Origin: Candidatus Heimdallarchaeota archaeon
GTDB taxonomy: Archaea > Asgardarchaeota > Heimdallarchaeia > Heimdallarchaeales > Heimdallarchaeaceae
Length of the DNA stretch: 64,000 nt
Assembly (NCBI GenBank): GCA_016840095.1
Contig: JAEOSZ010000024.1
Location: 44,958-108,957, forward strand
Direction: 5' to 3'
Shown: positions 48,226 to 57,957 of the stretch, in pieces
Position numbering within the stretch: the first letter of the stretch is position 1
Layout: every line of letters starts with the position of its first letter
Notes under the pieces: model-generated
What the model saw: only the letters and a program-made list of their open reading frames with translations
Database searches by the model: none
What the model was told of the DNA's origin: nothing
Made by a program: the position numbers and the translations under genes

Positions 48226-51036
48226 CTAGAGACAAACACTAGGATCAAAGTCTGGAACATATCTAGTAGGTTGTATTTTATTGACTATGAATTTACGAAG
48301 TTCTTCAACAGCAGCTATTGGTAACATTGTGAGTAGAATGATCCCCCAGTGTATTCCAGATAGTGGGAAAGTTTTGATTGCAGGTTGTAAGAAAGGAATG
48401 TAAATTGCTGCCATTAATAGAATAACTCCTAAAGCAATTGCACCAAAGAGGGATTTGTTCTGGAAGATTCTTCTAGAAAAGATTGTTCGACCTCTACTAG
48501 TTGAAAGAGAGTTGGCTAATTGATAAATTACTAATGAAGCAAAGACCATAGTTTGACCAATCTTGATGTTCTCTTCAGTAATAGCTGAACCAAACCCTAT
48601 GGCCCAATAGAAAACAAACATTGAACCAATAGCATAGAGAACACCAGTTATAGCTATCTTGATTAACATAACCTTGTCAAGAAGAGGTTCGTTAGGATCT
48701 CTTGGAGGACGTTGCATGACATTTTCTTCAGGAGCGCTAAGACCTAAAGCTAGTGCAGGAAAAGCATCTGTAACGATATTAATGAAGAGCAATTGAATAG
48801 CTAGAACTGGGAGAACGATGTTATCTAAAACAATAGCACCAATGATTAAACCAAAGAGAACTGTAAGGATTTCTCCAGCATTAGCAGAGAGTAAGTAAGC
48901 AATGAATTTTTTCATGTTATCATAAATTAATCTACCTTCAGAAACAGCATCAATAATATTAGCAAAATTATCATCAACAAGTATCATGTCACTAGCTTCT
49001 TTAGCAACGTCAGTACCAGCAATACCCATAGCAACACCAATGTCAGAGCGTTTAAGAGCAGGTGCATCATTCACACCATCGCCAGTCATAATTACTACTT
49101 CTCCATTCCTTTTTAGAGCATTTACTATTCTAAGCTTATGAGCTGGATTGACTCTAGCAAATATTTCTGTTTCATCAACAGCTTCGTAGAGTTTTTCATC
49201 TGACATCTCATCTAATTCTCTGCCTGATATTGGTTCAGTATCCTTACACAGAGTAATAGAACGACCAATTGCTCTAGCTGTAGTCATATGATCTCCAGTT
49301 ATCATTGTAACTTTGATTCCAGCTTGCCTTGCTCTATCAATTGATGGTTTGGACTGATCTCTTGGTGGATCAATCATTGATACGAACCCAACGAAAGTTA
49401 GATTTTTTTCAGCATCTTCTTGGAAACCAGAGAGAATTAGTTTAGTTGATGTTTCTGAATCGAGGGTTCTCATTGCTAAACCTAAGATTCTATAAGCATA
49501 ATGATCAGAATAAGCATTACTTATATTAAGAATCTCATGCTTTTCCGCTTCTTCTAACGGGTGAATCATCCCATTAACATATTTAGTATCACAAATATCA
49601 AGTAATACATCAGTTGCTCCCTTAACTAAGAGTTGGTCTTGTCCAGTTTTTTTGTTAGTAACAATAACACTCATTCTTTTTCTTTCACTGTCAAATGGGA
49701 AAAGGTATTGTCGAGACCAATCTTCTTCTATTTCTTGTTTTAAGCCGCTTTTCTCAGCTAATACAAGCAAAGAAACCTCAGTAGGGTCACCAAAAATTTC
49801 AAAGTTCAAATCATCATCTTTAACAGTGATATTAGCTTCATTGGCCAATGTACAAATCTCCAAAGATTTCAGAAGAGAAGCATCGTTTCTAGCATTTGCA
49901 TGTTCAGCAGATTCAGAATAATGAATATTACCCTCACCAGAATACCCAGTTCCAGTGACATTATAGACGTTTTCTAAAGTCCAGACATTTTTTGCTGTCA
50001 TTTCATTTTTGGTTAATGTTCCAGTTTTATCACTACAAATGATTGTAGCAGAACCAAGAACTTCTACAGCTGGCAATTTTCGTATGAGAGATCTTTTACG
50101 AGCCATTCTAGTGACTCCAATAGCCATTGTTAATGTAAGTACAACAGGTAATCCTTCTGGTACAGCTGCAACAGCTAAACCTATTGCAAAAATAATTGTT
50201 TCTGATATTGTAGTATCTTTCATTAAGAATATACCTATTAACAGAATAATTACAGATAGAACTGCTATCCCTATAGTTAGTTGTTTTGCTAATTTAGCAA
50301 GTTTCTTTTGAATAGGAGTATCATCTTGTTCAATTTCCATCAACGACGATGCTATTTTACCTAATTCTGTACCTAATCCAGTTGCAACAACTATACCTAT
50401 ACCAGAACCGTTAACTACTGTAGTTCCTTTATAGAGCATATTTATCCTATCAGCAAGAGGTGTTTTTTCTGGAAGAACATTTGTTTGTTTCTTAATTGGT
50501 AAAGATTCACCTGTAAGTATTCCCTCAATGGTTCTTACTTCATAACTCTCAACTAAGCGTATATCAGCTGCAATTGTACTACCAGCTTCAAGAGCTACAA
50601 TATCTCCTGGAACAAGTAGTTCAGATTTGATTAGTTTCTTCTTCTTGTCTCTAACTACAATAACTTCACTTACAGCTAGACTCTTCAAAGAGTTGATAGC
50701 TTTTTCTGCAGATAATTCTTGATAAAATCCTAAACCAGCATTTATAGCTACTACAACAAAAATAGCTACGATTTCAACTATAGATTCTTTGTCCTTCTCA
50801 ACAATACCTATTATACCAGTAATTAATCCAGAAACTAGTAAGATGATGACTAAAAGGTCTGTAAATTGATTTAAAAGAATTTTCCAAGGACTTACTGCTC
50901 TCCCAGATGGGATAACATTTTCACCATGTTCCAGTAATTTCTCCTCTGCTTCTTTTGTTGATAAACCTTCAAATCGAGAATCGAGTTCTTCGTAAAGTTG
51001 TTCAGCTGTCTTATTGTGTCCTTCCATTAAACTCAA
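48226..51036 (-). CDS. P-type ATPase, type IIA (SERCA-like, probable Ca2+ pump)
   Basis: TGES, VPEGLP, CSDKTGTLT, KGA, MIDPPR, MITGD, TGDGVNDAPALK; M5 LSANAGE, M6 INIVTD. ATG 51027 is the likely start. Confidence 0.93.
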   Translation of the reverse strand: MSLMEGHNKTAEQLYEELDSRFEGLSTKEAEEKLLEHGENVIPSGRAVSPWKILLNQFTDLLVIILLVSGLITGIIGIVEKDKESIVEIVAIFVVVAINAGLGFYQELSAEKAINSLKSLAVSEVIVVRDKKKKLIKSELLVPGDIVALEAGSTIAADIRLVESYEVRTIEGILTGESLPIKKQTNVLPEKTPLADRINMLYKGTTVVNGSGIGIVVATGLGTELGKIASSLMEIEQDDTPIQKKLAKLAKQLTIGIAVLSVIILLIGIFLMKDTTISETIIFAIGLAVAAVPEGLPVVLTLTMAIGVTRMARKRSLIRKLPAVEVLGSATIICSDKTGTLTKNEMTAKNVWTLENVYNVTGTGYSGEGNIHYSESAEHANARNDASLLKSLEICTLANEANITVKDDDLNFEIFGDPTEVSLLVLAEKSGLKQEIEEDWSRQYLFPFDSERKRMSVIVTNKKTGQDQLLVKGATDVLLDICDTKYVNGMIHPLEEAEKHEILNISNAYSDHYAYRILGLAMRTLDSETSTKLILSGFQEDAEKNLTFVGFVSMIDPPRDQSKPSIDRARQAGIKVTMITGDHMTTARAIGRSITLCKDTEPISGRELDEMSDEKLYEAVDETEIFARVNPAHKLRIVNALKRNGEVVIMTGDGVNDAPALKRSDIGVAMGIAGTDVAKEASDMILVDDNFANIIDAVSEGRLIYDNMKKFIAYLLSANAGEILTVLFGLIIGAIVLDNIVLPVLAIQLLFINIVTDAFPALALGLSAPEENVMQRPPRDPNEPLLDKVMLIKIAITGVLYAIGSMFVFYWAIGFGSAITEENIKIGQTMVFASLVIYQLANSLSTSRGRTIFSRRIFQNKSLFGAIALGVILLMAAIYIPFLQPAIKTFPLSGIHWGIILLTMLPIAAVEELRKFIVNKIQPTRYVPDFDPSVCL

Positions 51037-51115
51037 ATAATCTGATAAAATAACTTAAATTTAAAATTTCGGAAGGACAAAAATTCCTATACATCCACTT
51101 AAAATACTTCAAAAG

Positions 51116-52069
51116 TCATGAATTCTTTACTTTTACAATCTCTGCAGCAATACTAATAGCAATTTCTTCAGGAGTATCACTTTTAATCCTCATACCAATT
51201 GGAGAATATACTTTTTCAAGAAGTTCAGTAGAAACGCCTTTTTGTTCTAGGTTTGCAAACAATTGTACTCTCTTAGCGGGGCTAGCCATCATACCCAAGT
51301 ATTTTAGTTTTTTATTGATAATCTTTTCTAGAACCATCTCATCAGATTTATGTCCAAAAGTCATGATTGCAACATAGATATTGTTTCCTTCAGGAATATA
51401 TTCCTCTACATCGTTAAAGGAAATTACTTCTTTTCTATTAGCATATATGTTAGCAATCATAGTAGGAAGATCTTCTCTATCATCAAGAACTGTAATATGA
51501 TAATCGAGTGTTTCCATGATTTTTGAAAGGGCAAGAGATACATGCCCACCACCACAAATAAAGAGTCTATTTTGCATTCCAATGTTTTGTTGATAAATCC
51601 AATAAGTATCATCTTCTGTATACACAATATTATCTTCTTGAAATCTGTTCGTTTCAACACTTAATTCCTCGTTACTAATACTAAGGATTCCAGGAATTGC
51701 TTCTGAATATGCTTTGATTATTTGTTTAATTGAATTCTTATTTTCTATGGTTAATGGAACTAATGCAAACTTCTGTGACCCAGAACATATCATACCAGAA
51801 CTAAATTCAGTTGCAGAATCATCATGAACAAGATGCAATCTTTCAATAGTATTTATTCTTTGATCTAACATCTCCTTTGCTAGATTAGCTAATTTATGTT
51901 CAGAATTACCTCCTCCAACTGTACCAATAATTGTCTCTGAAGTAACAAGCATCTTTGCTCCAGGAACATTTGGAGCTGAACCTTCTCGATGCATAATTAT
52001 TACAACAACTACAGGAGTTCCAGTTTCAATATCACTAAGAACCTCTTTCCAAAATAGTTCTTCATTCAT
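51116..52069 (-). CDS. xdhC: XdhC/CoxI family molybdenum cofactor insertion chaperone
   Basis: GSAP..GAKM, GTVGGG, GMICSG, GGGHVS, YLGMM, SPIG..SDTPEEIAISIAAEI. Confidence 0.92.
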   Translation of the reverse strand: MNEELFWKEVLSDIETGTPVVVVIIMHREGSAPNVPGAKMLVTSETIIGTVGGGNSEHKLANLAKEMLDQRINTIERLHLVHDDSATEFSSGMICSGSQKFALVPLTIENKNSIKQIIKAYSEAIPGILSISNEELSVETNRFQEDNIVYTEDDTYWIYQQNIGMQNRLFICGGGHVSLALSKIMETLDYHITVLDDREDLPTMIANIYANRKEVISFNDVEEYIPEGNNIYVAIMTFGHKSDEMVLEKIINKKLKYLGMMASPAKRVQLFANLEQKGVSTELLEKVYSPIGMRIKSDTPEEIAISIAAEIVKVKNS

Positions 52070-52080
52070 GCAATAATCTC

Positions 52081-54318
52081 CTAATCATCATATAAAAAGA
52101 ACAAGAGTCTTTCATTAGTCAATGGAGCAACAAAACTCCATTCCTTTTCTTTTCGAAATGCTTTTGCTGCATCTTTCAGTGCAAGATAGGCTCCAATACC
52201 ATACATGAAAGGAGGTTCTCCTATTGCCTTTGATTTCAACACCGCATATGGATTTTCTACATTTTCAAGGAATTTCACTTTTATCTCTGGTGCAAAATGA
52301 ACATCTGGTACTTTATAGGTAGCTAGTGCATCAGAAATCAATTTTCCATTTTCATACATTAGTTCCTCTAAAGTCAACCAACCCATACCTTGAACTAAAC
52401 CACCTTCAGCTTGTCCAAGGTCTATTAGATGATTCAAACTTTTTCCAGCATCATGGGCAATGTGGACTTTGTCAAATTTGTAAGTACCTCTTAAGCAGTC
52501 AACAGTTGCTTCTGTAACAGCTGTTCCAAACACATGATAAGCAAAAGGTTTGCCTTCTTCTTTATCGTGATCATAATAAATTCCTGGAGTTGCATACAAT
52601 GCCTGAGCTGCAAGGTTGACTCTTTTTAGATAAGCTTCGTTAACAAGATCTTCCCAAACCAAATCTGTTTTTTGACCATTTAAGTAGACCACTTCATCTT
52701 CAAAAGTTATTTCTCCTTCACCTACTTTTTCAGTGGCTATTTCGCGTAGTCGTTCAACAATTATCTGACAAGCTATCTCTGTTGCTTTCCCATTCATGTC
52801 AGCTCCACTACTTGCTGAAGTAGGAGATGTATTAATAACTCGACCAGTATTAGTACTTTCGATTCGAACTCGATCAGGTTTGATAGATAAAGCTTGAGCT
52901 GCAATAGATTTGATTTTCATGTTTACCCCCTGTCCCATTTCAACAGCACCTGTACTCACATTCACACTTCCATCATAGTAAATGTTCACTAGAGCTCCAG
53001 CTTGATTCATGAAAGTCGAAGTGAATGAGATACCAAAACACACTGGAGTGATGGAAATTCCTTTCTTAACAAATTTATTTGTCTCATTGAATTCGAATTG
53101 TTTGAGTTTTAATTCCTCATATTTAGAATCTTGAAGAGCTTGTTCGAAGCTTCGTTTTGTTGTTGTATTTTCTACTCTCATTCCATAAGGGAACTGATCT
53201 CTTTCATCAAGCAGATTTTTTTCTTGCAATTCTTTTATTGGGATACCAGAAACATCAGCTGCGTGAGATAAAACACATTCCATGACAAACATTCCTTGAG
53301 GAGCACCAAATCCTCTAAATGCAGTGAAAGGAACAAGATTTGTTCTACATGAATAAGCTGTTACTTTCACATTGGGGATGAAATAAGCATTAGTTACGTG
53401 AAATAAGGTTCTACCAAGAATTGCAGTTGATAAATCTGCTGCTGCTCCTGCATTTTGATAATATTCAGCTTCTAAAGCAAGAATTTTACCTTCTTTATCC
53501 AAACCTAGTTTATAATCAGTTGAATAAGGATGACGTTTTCCGGTTATTATTATATCCTCTTGTCTGTCTAGAACTAGCTTTACAGGTCTTCCAGTATGAT
53601 AAGCTCCTAAAGCACAGATAGCTGACCAATGAGTAGCTTGATCTTCTTTTCCTCCAAAACCTCCACCTAATCTCTTTACATCTACTTCAATTTTGTTCAT
53701 ATCTACTCCTAGTATATTAGCTACAATATTTTGAACTGTAGATGGATTTTGAGTTCCAGAGTAAATAAGAAAATCTCCATCTTCTTTTGGAATAACTAAA
53801 GACGCTTGGGTTTCCATGTAGATGTGCTCTTGACCACCAGATTCAACAACACCCTCAACAATTGTTTCACATCTCTCCCAGATACTATCAACATTCCCAA
53901 GAGATATTGTTCGTGAAGGAGCAATTAAAGATCCATTTTTTGCAGCCTCTCTAGCATCAAAAACTGCTGGAAGAGGTTCGTATTCTATTGATATTAGTTC
54001 TCTAGCATTGTTTGCATCTTTCTTAGTTTCTGCAAACACAACAGCTATAGGATGACCAATGAAATCAACTTTATGTTCAGCAAGGAGTTCTTCATCCTGA
54101 ATAATTCTACCAACTTGATTTTCACCAGGGATATCCTCAAATGTAATAACTTTCACCACTCCCTCACTTTCTTTAGCCTTTTCTAAATTAAGTCTTATGA
54201 TTTTCCCATGAGGAATACTGGAAACGAAAACAGCTGTATGTAGCATGTTTTTAGGTTCAGGAATATCATCAACAAATACTGATTCACCTGTAGTATGTGG
54301 AGGTATTAAGTCATTCAA
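52081..54318 (-). CDS. xdhB: Xanthine dehydrogenase molybdopterin-binding subunit
   Basis: GQEHIYME, RLGGGFGGKE, AFRGFGAPQ, EMGQG, TSASSGADMNG, SKAIGEPP. Confidence 0.93.
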   Translation of the reverse strand: MNDLIPPHTTGESVFVDDIPEPKNMLHTAVFVSSIPHGKIIRLNLEKAKESEGVVKVITFEDIPGENQVGRIIQDEELLAEHKVDFIGHPIAVVFAETKKDANNARELISIEYEPLPAVFDAREAAKNGSLIAPSRTISLGNVDSIWERCETIVEGVVESGGQEHIYMETQASLVIPKEDGDFLIYSGTQNPSTVQNIVANILGVDMNKIEVDVKRLGGGFGGKEDQATHWSAICALGAYHTGRPVKLVLDRQEDIIITGKRHPYSTDYKLGLDKEGKILALEAEYYQNAGAAADLSTAILGRTLFHVTNAYFIPNVKVTAYSCRTNLVPFTAFRGFGAPQGMFVMECVLSHAADVSGIPIKELQEKNLLDERDQFPYGMRVENTTTKRSFEQALQDSKYEELKLKQFEFNETNKFVKKGISITPVCFGISFTSTFMNQAGALVNIYYDGSVNVSTGAVEMGQGVNMKIKSIAAQALSIKPDRVRIESTNTGRVINTSPTSASSGADMNGKATEIACQIIVERLREIATEKVGEGEITFEDEVVYLNGQKTDLVWEDLVNEAYLKRVNLAAQALYATPGIYYDHDKEEGKPFAYHVFGTAVTEATVDCLRGTYKFDKVHIAHDAGKSLNHLIDLGQAEGGLVQGMGWLTLEELMYENGKLISDALATYKVPDVHFAPEIKVKFLENVENPYAVLKSKAIGEPPFMYGIGAYLALKDAAKAFRKEKEWSFVAPLTNERLLFFLYDD

Positions 54319-55673
54319 AAAGACACCTCCAGTTCTGGAAACAGTTTCACAAAATGAGCATAAATTAACTGACGAAGGAGTAAAGTTTTGTATTTTGCTG
54401 TTCCTCTAACATCATCTATAGGACTGATTTCTGTTCCAGCTATACGAGCAGCTTCTTTGATTACTTCAACAGAAGGTTCCTTATTATTGAGATATTCTGA
54501 AGCTTTAGAAAAATACTTGGGAATTGGTCCAATTCCACCTCCAGAGAGATGAGATTCTTTAATATGATTAAGTTCAATTCTACAAGAAAATGCACTATTA
54601 ACGCTAGCTATATCCATATGCATTCTCTTTGCTACTTTTTCAAAAGAGAGAAGTCTTTTCTTCTTTTTTATTCTAAACCATTCTAAAATTTCCCCTTCCT
54701 CCAAATCTAAAACTTTGTAACCCTTAAAGAAATCCTTCAATTTGATCAATCTTCTATTTTCTCCTAGAAGCAAACTTATGTCAGCATCCAATGCTAGAAA
54801 ATAAATTGTAAGATCACCTATTGGTGAAGCATTAACTACATTTCCACCAATTGTTGCTTGTTGACGAATAGGAAGAGAGGATACCCTAATCAAATGATTA
54901 GCTGTATCAAAAAGAGCATTCAAATCTTCTGAAGTACGAATAGATTCGATATCAGCAGCTGCACCAACATAAATGTATTCTTCATCAGACCATATTTTGT
55001 CATAACCGAGTTCAGAAAGGAAAACAGGATCATCAACAAATTTTCTATGAACAAACAAATCAGTTCCTCCAGCTACAAAAATTCCTTTCTTTAGTTGAGG
55101 TTGAATTTGAATTTCCTTTAACTTGTCTTCAATCTGTAAGAAATACGTAGGGAGATAATTTGCTTCAACTAAAGCCTGGATTCTTTCTTTAGTACTATCT
55201 AAAGATAGAACTTTGTTGTTAACCTTTTCAGCTGCACGAAGTATTGAGTTATACCCAGTGCATCTACAAATATTGCCTTCAATTGCAGTTACGATATCAG
55301 TGTTCTTTAAGTCTGCATTCATGAAATAAGCCATTAATGCTACAATAAAGCCGGGTGTACAATAACCACACTGTGAAGCACCTTCATCTACGAAAGCTTG
55401 TTGAACAGGATTAAGTTCATCTAGATTCAATCCTTCTATCGTTACAACATGTTTGCCTTCAACTTTTCCCAATGGTAATATGCAGGAGTTGATAGCTCTG
55501 TATCTTACTTTATCATCAGTAAGTTCTCCAATCAAAACCATACATGCTCCACAATCCCCTTCATGACATCCTTCCTTTACTCCTTTGAAACCTTTCTTTC
55601 TTAGGAAATCTAAAGTATGAAAGCTAGGAGACGCGTCAGTCTCCATTATTTCTCTGTTGAGTATGAATTTCAT
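54315..55673 (-). CDS. xdhA: Xanthine dehydrogenase small subunit (2x[2Fe-2S] plus FAD domain)
   Basis: KEGCHEGDCGAC..SC, QCGYCTPG..GNICRCTGY, AGGTD, ATIGGN..NASPIGD, PIDDVRG. Confidence 0.93.
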   Translation of the reverse strand: MKFILNREIMETDASPSFHTLDFLRKKGFKGVKEGCHEGDCGACMVLIGELTDDKVRYRAINSCILPLGKVEGKHVVTIEGLNLDELNPVQQAFVDEGASQCGYCTPGFIVALMAYFMNADLKNTDIVTAIEGNICRCTGYNSILRAAEKVNNKVLSLDSTKERIQALVEANYLPTYFLQIEDKLKEIQIQPQLKKGIFVAGGTDLFVHRKFVDDPVFLSELGYDKIWSDEEYIYVGAAADIESIRTSEDLNALFDTANHLIRVSSLPIRQQATIGGNVVNASPIGDLTIYFLALDADISLLLGENRRLIKLKDFFKGYKVLDLEEGEILEWFRIKKKKRLLSFEKVAKRMHMDIASVNSAFSCRIELNHIKESHLSGGGIGPIPKYFSKASEYLNNKEPSVEVIKEAARIAGTEISPIDDVRGTAKYKTLLLRQLIYAHFVKLFPELEVSF

Positions 55674-56881
55674 TATTCAAACCTTTCAATAACTTCTTCA
55701 GCTGTGAATGTTGTTTTACTAATTGCCCCTTCTAATGCTTTGACATCTTTAAGGCCATTTCCAGTAATAACTAGACACACTTTGTCTGTTTTAGTTATTT
55801 TTCCCTCGTAAATAAGTTTTTTCAGCCCTCCGTAAGGAACAGCACCAGCAGGTTCTGCAAAGATTCCGGTCTTTCCTAATTCCTTGATTGCATCAAGAAT
55901 TTCAGCATCATTAAGAGAAATGAAATATCCACCACTTGCTTCAACATAAGTACAAGCTTTAATGACATCTCTAGGTTTCCCTACAGAAATACTATCAGCT
56001 AATGTAGCTCCTGAGATTGATATTGGTTTGTATGGTTTTCCCTTTTCAAATGCTTCCTTAATTGCAGGAATACCTTCAGCTTGAACTCCAATAATTTTTG
56101 GTATTTTATCAGTTAGTCCTATTTCCTTAAACTCCCAAAAACCTTTGTAAAGAGAACTAACAACAGTACCATCTCCTACACCTATGAAGACATAATCAGG
56201 AACCTCAAAGTTGTTCTGGATTACTATTTCAAAAGCTCCTGTTTTCTTTCCTTCTAGAAGATAAGGATTAATTGCAGCATGTCTACAATACCAACCTTTC
56301 TCAAGACCTAAATCTAGAGAGAGATCATAAACTTCATCGTAAGTTCCTTCAACTGCATATACTTCTGCACCAGAAATTTCTAATTGAGCTCTTTTACCAG
56401 CTGGTATAGCTGCGGGAACAAAAATGTATGTTTTCATGGGAGTATGAGCATTAAGCATAGCTAAAGATGAAGCAGCATTACCAGTTGATGCACAAAAAAG
56501 GATTTCATTACCTTCATCTATTGCTTTGTTAATAGCAATAGAACTAGCACGATCTTTATAGGAACTAGAAGGATTAGAACCATCATATTTTACGAGTACA
56601 TCTTTCAAACCGAGAAGATCAAATTTGTACAATGGTGTGCCACCAACATATTCATCCAACTTCAATTTTGATTCTGTTGGCAGCAAAAAATCAAATTGAT
56701 ACATAGAAGCTTTGTTATAGAATAGTCTCTCTTTGATAGAAGCATCTGCTTTAAGAGATTCATAATCATAAATAACTTCTAATGTACCCATAATTTTTCC
56801 ACAATCTTCACAATAGTAAAGACCGGGTTTTGGTTCAAATTCCTTTTTGCAGGTTATACACCTTAAGATATAAGTTGTCAT
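55673..56881 (-). CDS. Threonine-synthase-like fold-type II PLP enzyme with N-terminal zinc ribbon
   Basis: CITC..CEDC, NPSSSYKDR, ASTGNAA, EGKKT, GVGDG, EPAGA, TGNGLKD. ATG 56881 forms an ATGA overlap with the upstream stop. Confidence 0.85.
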   Translation of the reverse strand: MTTYILRCITCKKEFEPKPGLYYCEDCGKIMGTLEVIYDYESLKADASIKERLFYNKASMYQFDFLLPTESKLKLDEYVGGTPLYKFDLLGLKDVLVKYDGSNPSSSYKDRASSIAINKAIDEGNEILFCASTGNAASSLAMLNAHTPMKTYIFVPAAIPAGKRAQLEISGAEVYAVEGTYDEVYDLSLDLGLEKGWYCRHAAINPYLLEGKKTGAFEIVIQNNFEVPDYVFIGVGDGTVVSSLYKGFWEFKEIGLTDKIPKIIGVQAEGIPAIKEAFEKGKPYKPISISGATLADSISVGKPRDVIKACTYVEASGGYFISLNDAEILDAIKELGKTGIFAEPAGAVPYGGLKKLIYEGKITKTDKVCLVITGNGLKDVKALEGAISKTTFTAEEVIERFE

Positions 56882-57957
56882 CTTAACACTCCATAAATTG
56901 CATCTACAGGACAACGAGACTCACACAATCCACAATGTATACATTTCTCTTTGTCTACTACAATGTGATCTTCAGCAGCTGAAAGTGCTACAGCTGGACA
57001 GATTTTTACACAAATCATACACATAGTACATTTTTCATTAAAGGATGGGTGATTATCAACAGCTGTATCAACCTCTTTGAAAATTGTAGTTTTTCTAGTT
57101 TGTCTGATTTCTTCAATAGATGAAAAACCATATTTTTCAAGTGCTTTTGGAAGATCCTTAACAATTTTATCATAAAGACCTCTTCCTTTAATCAAAGCAG
57201 AAGAAAGCATTTGTACCAAGTCTGCTCCAGCAAGGATGAACTCAAGAACATCTTCAGCTTTTGCGATACCACCAACTCCAATAATGGGAATGTCTGGAAA
57301 AGCTTTTCTAATGTTGTAAATCCGATGGAGTGCAACTGGTTTTATTGGTGGACCACTCATCCAGATTTGTTCTGCTAATAAAACTGATCTTGCCTTAAGA
57401 TCTATAGCTGTTCCTGGACCGAGTGAGTTTATAGCAACTATTCCTGTTGCCCCTGAATCAATTACTGTTTTTACAAAACCAACGAAATCAACAATGTGAG
57501 GACTAAGTTTCATAAAAATAGGTTTATCTGTATTTGCTCTTATACTCTTGACTATTCCTGGAAGCAAATCTTCTGAAACATAATGAGTTGAAATTTCAAA
57601 CATATCTGCAAAAGGATCAAGTTTTGGAATCAGATATCCGAAATCTTCTTCTTTGTACCCAGCACTGATAACGATTGGTTTTTTCTTCTCTTTGTGGATC
57701 ACAGGAAGGATATCCTTTATCCAAACATCTGAGTGGTGTTCAGACCATAACTCACAATTATAGATTACATTTGTTGTTCCTGCTATGCAAGGTTTAGGTA
57801 CAACTGCACCTTCAACAGATATAGTTTTAGCAACATTGTAACCACATGAATTATTGTTGAAAAATTGCATGTTTTCTAGACCCTCAACAATTGGTCCTGC
57901 TGCGGGTCCAAGAGGGTTGTTAAATTTTAAACCTAGAATTTTAACTGATAAGTCCAT
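56878..57957 (-). CDS. Dihydroorotate/dihydropyrimidine dehydrogenase (PreA)-like FMN barrel with C-terminal 2x[4Fe-4S] domain
   Basis: AAGP, AKTIS, KLSP, AINS, SGPPIKP, IGVGGI, GADLVQ; CTMCMICVKICP and CIHCGLCESRCP. Confidence 0.85.
   Translation of the reverse strand: MDLSVKILGLKFNNPLGPAAGPIVEGLENMQFFNNNSCGYNVAKTISVEGAVVPKPCIAGTTNVIYNCELWSEHHSDVWIKDILPVIHKEKKKPIVISAGYKEEDFGYLIPKLDPFADMFEISTHYVSEDLLPGIVKSIRANTDKPIFMKLSPHIVDFVGFVKTVIDSGATGIVAINSLGPGTAIDLKARSVLLAEQIWMSGPPIKPVALHRIYNIRKAFPDIPIIGVGGIAKAEDVLEFILAGADLVQMLSSALIKGRGLYDKIVKDLPKALEKYGFSSIEEIRQTRKTTIFKEVDTAVDNHPSFNEKCTMCMICVKICPAVALSAAEDHIVVDKEKCIHCGLCESRCPVDAIYGVLR

Noticed and set aside
55673-57957. Assigning gene symbols thrC and pyrD/preA
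   Set aside because: Family membership is clear, but the purine-catabolic context and the altered catalytic loop make the canonical functions doubtful.
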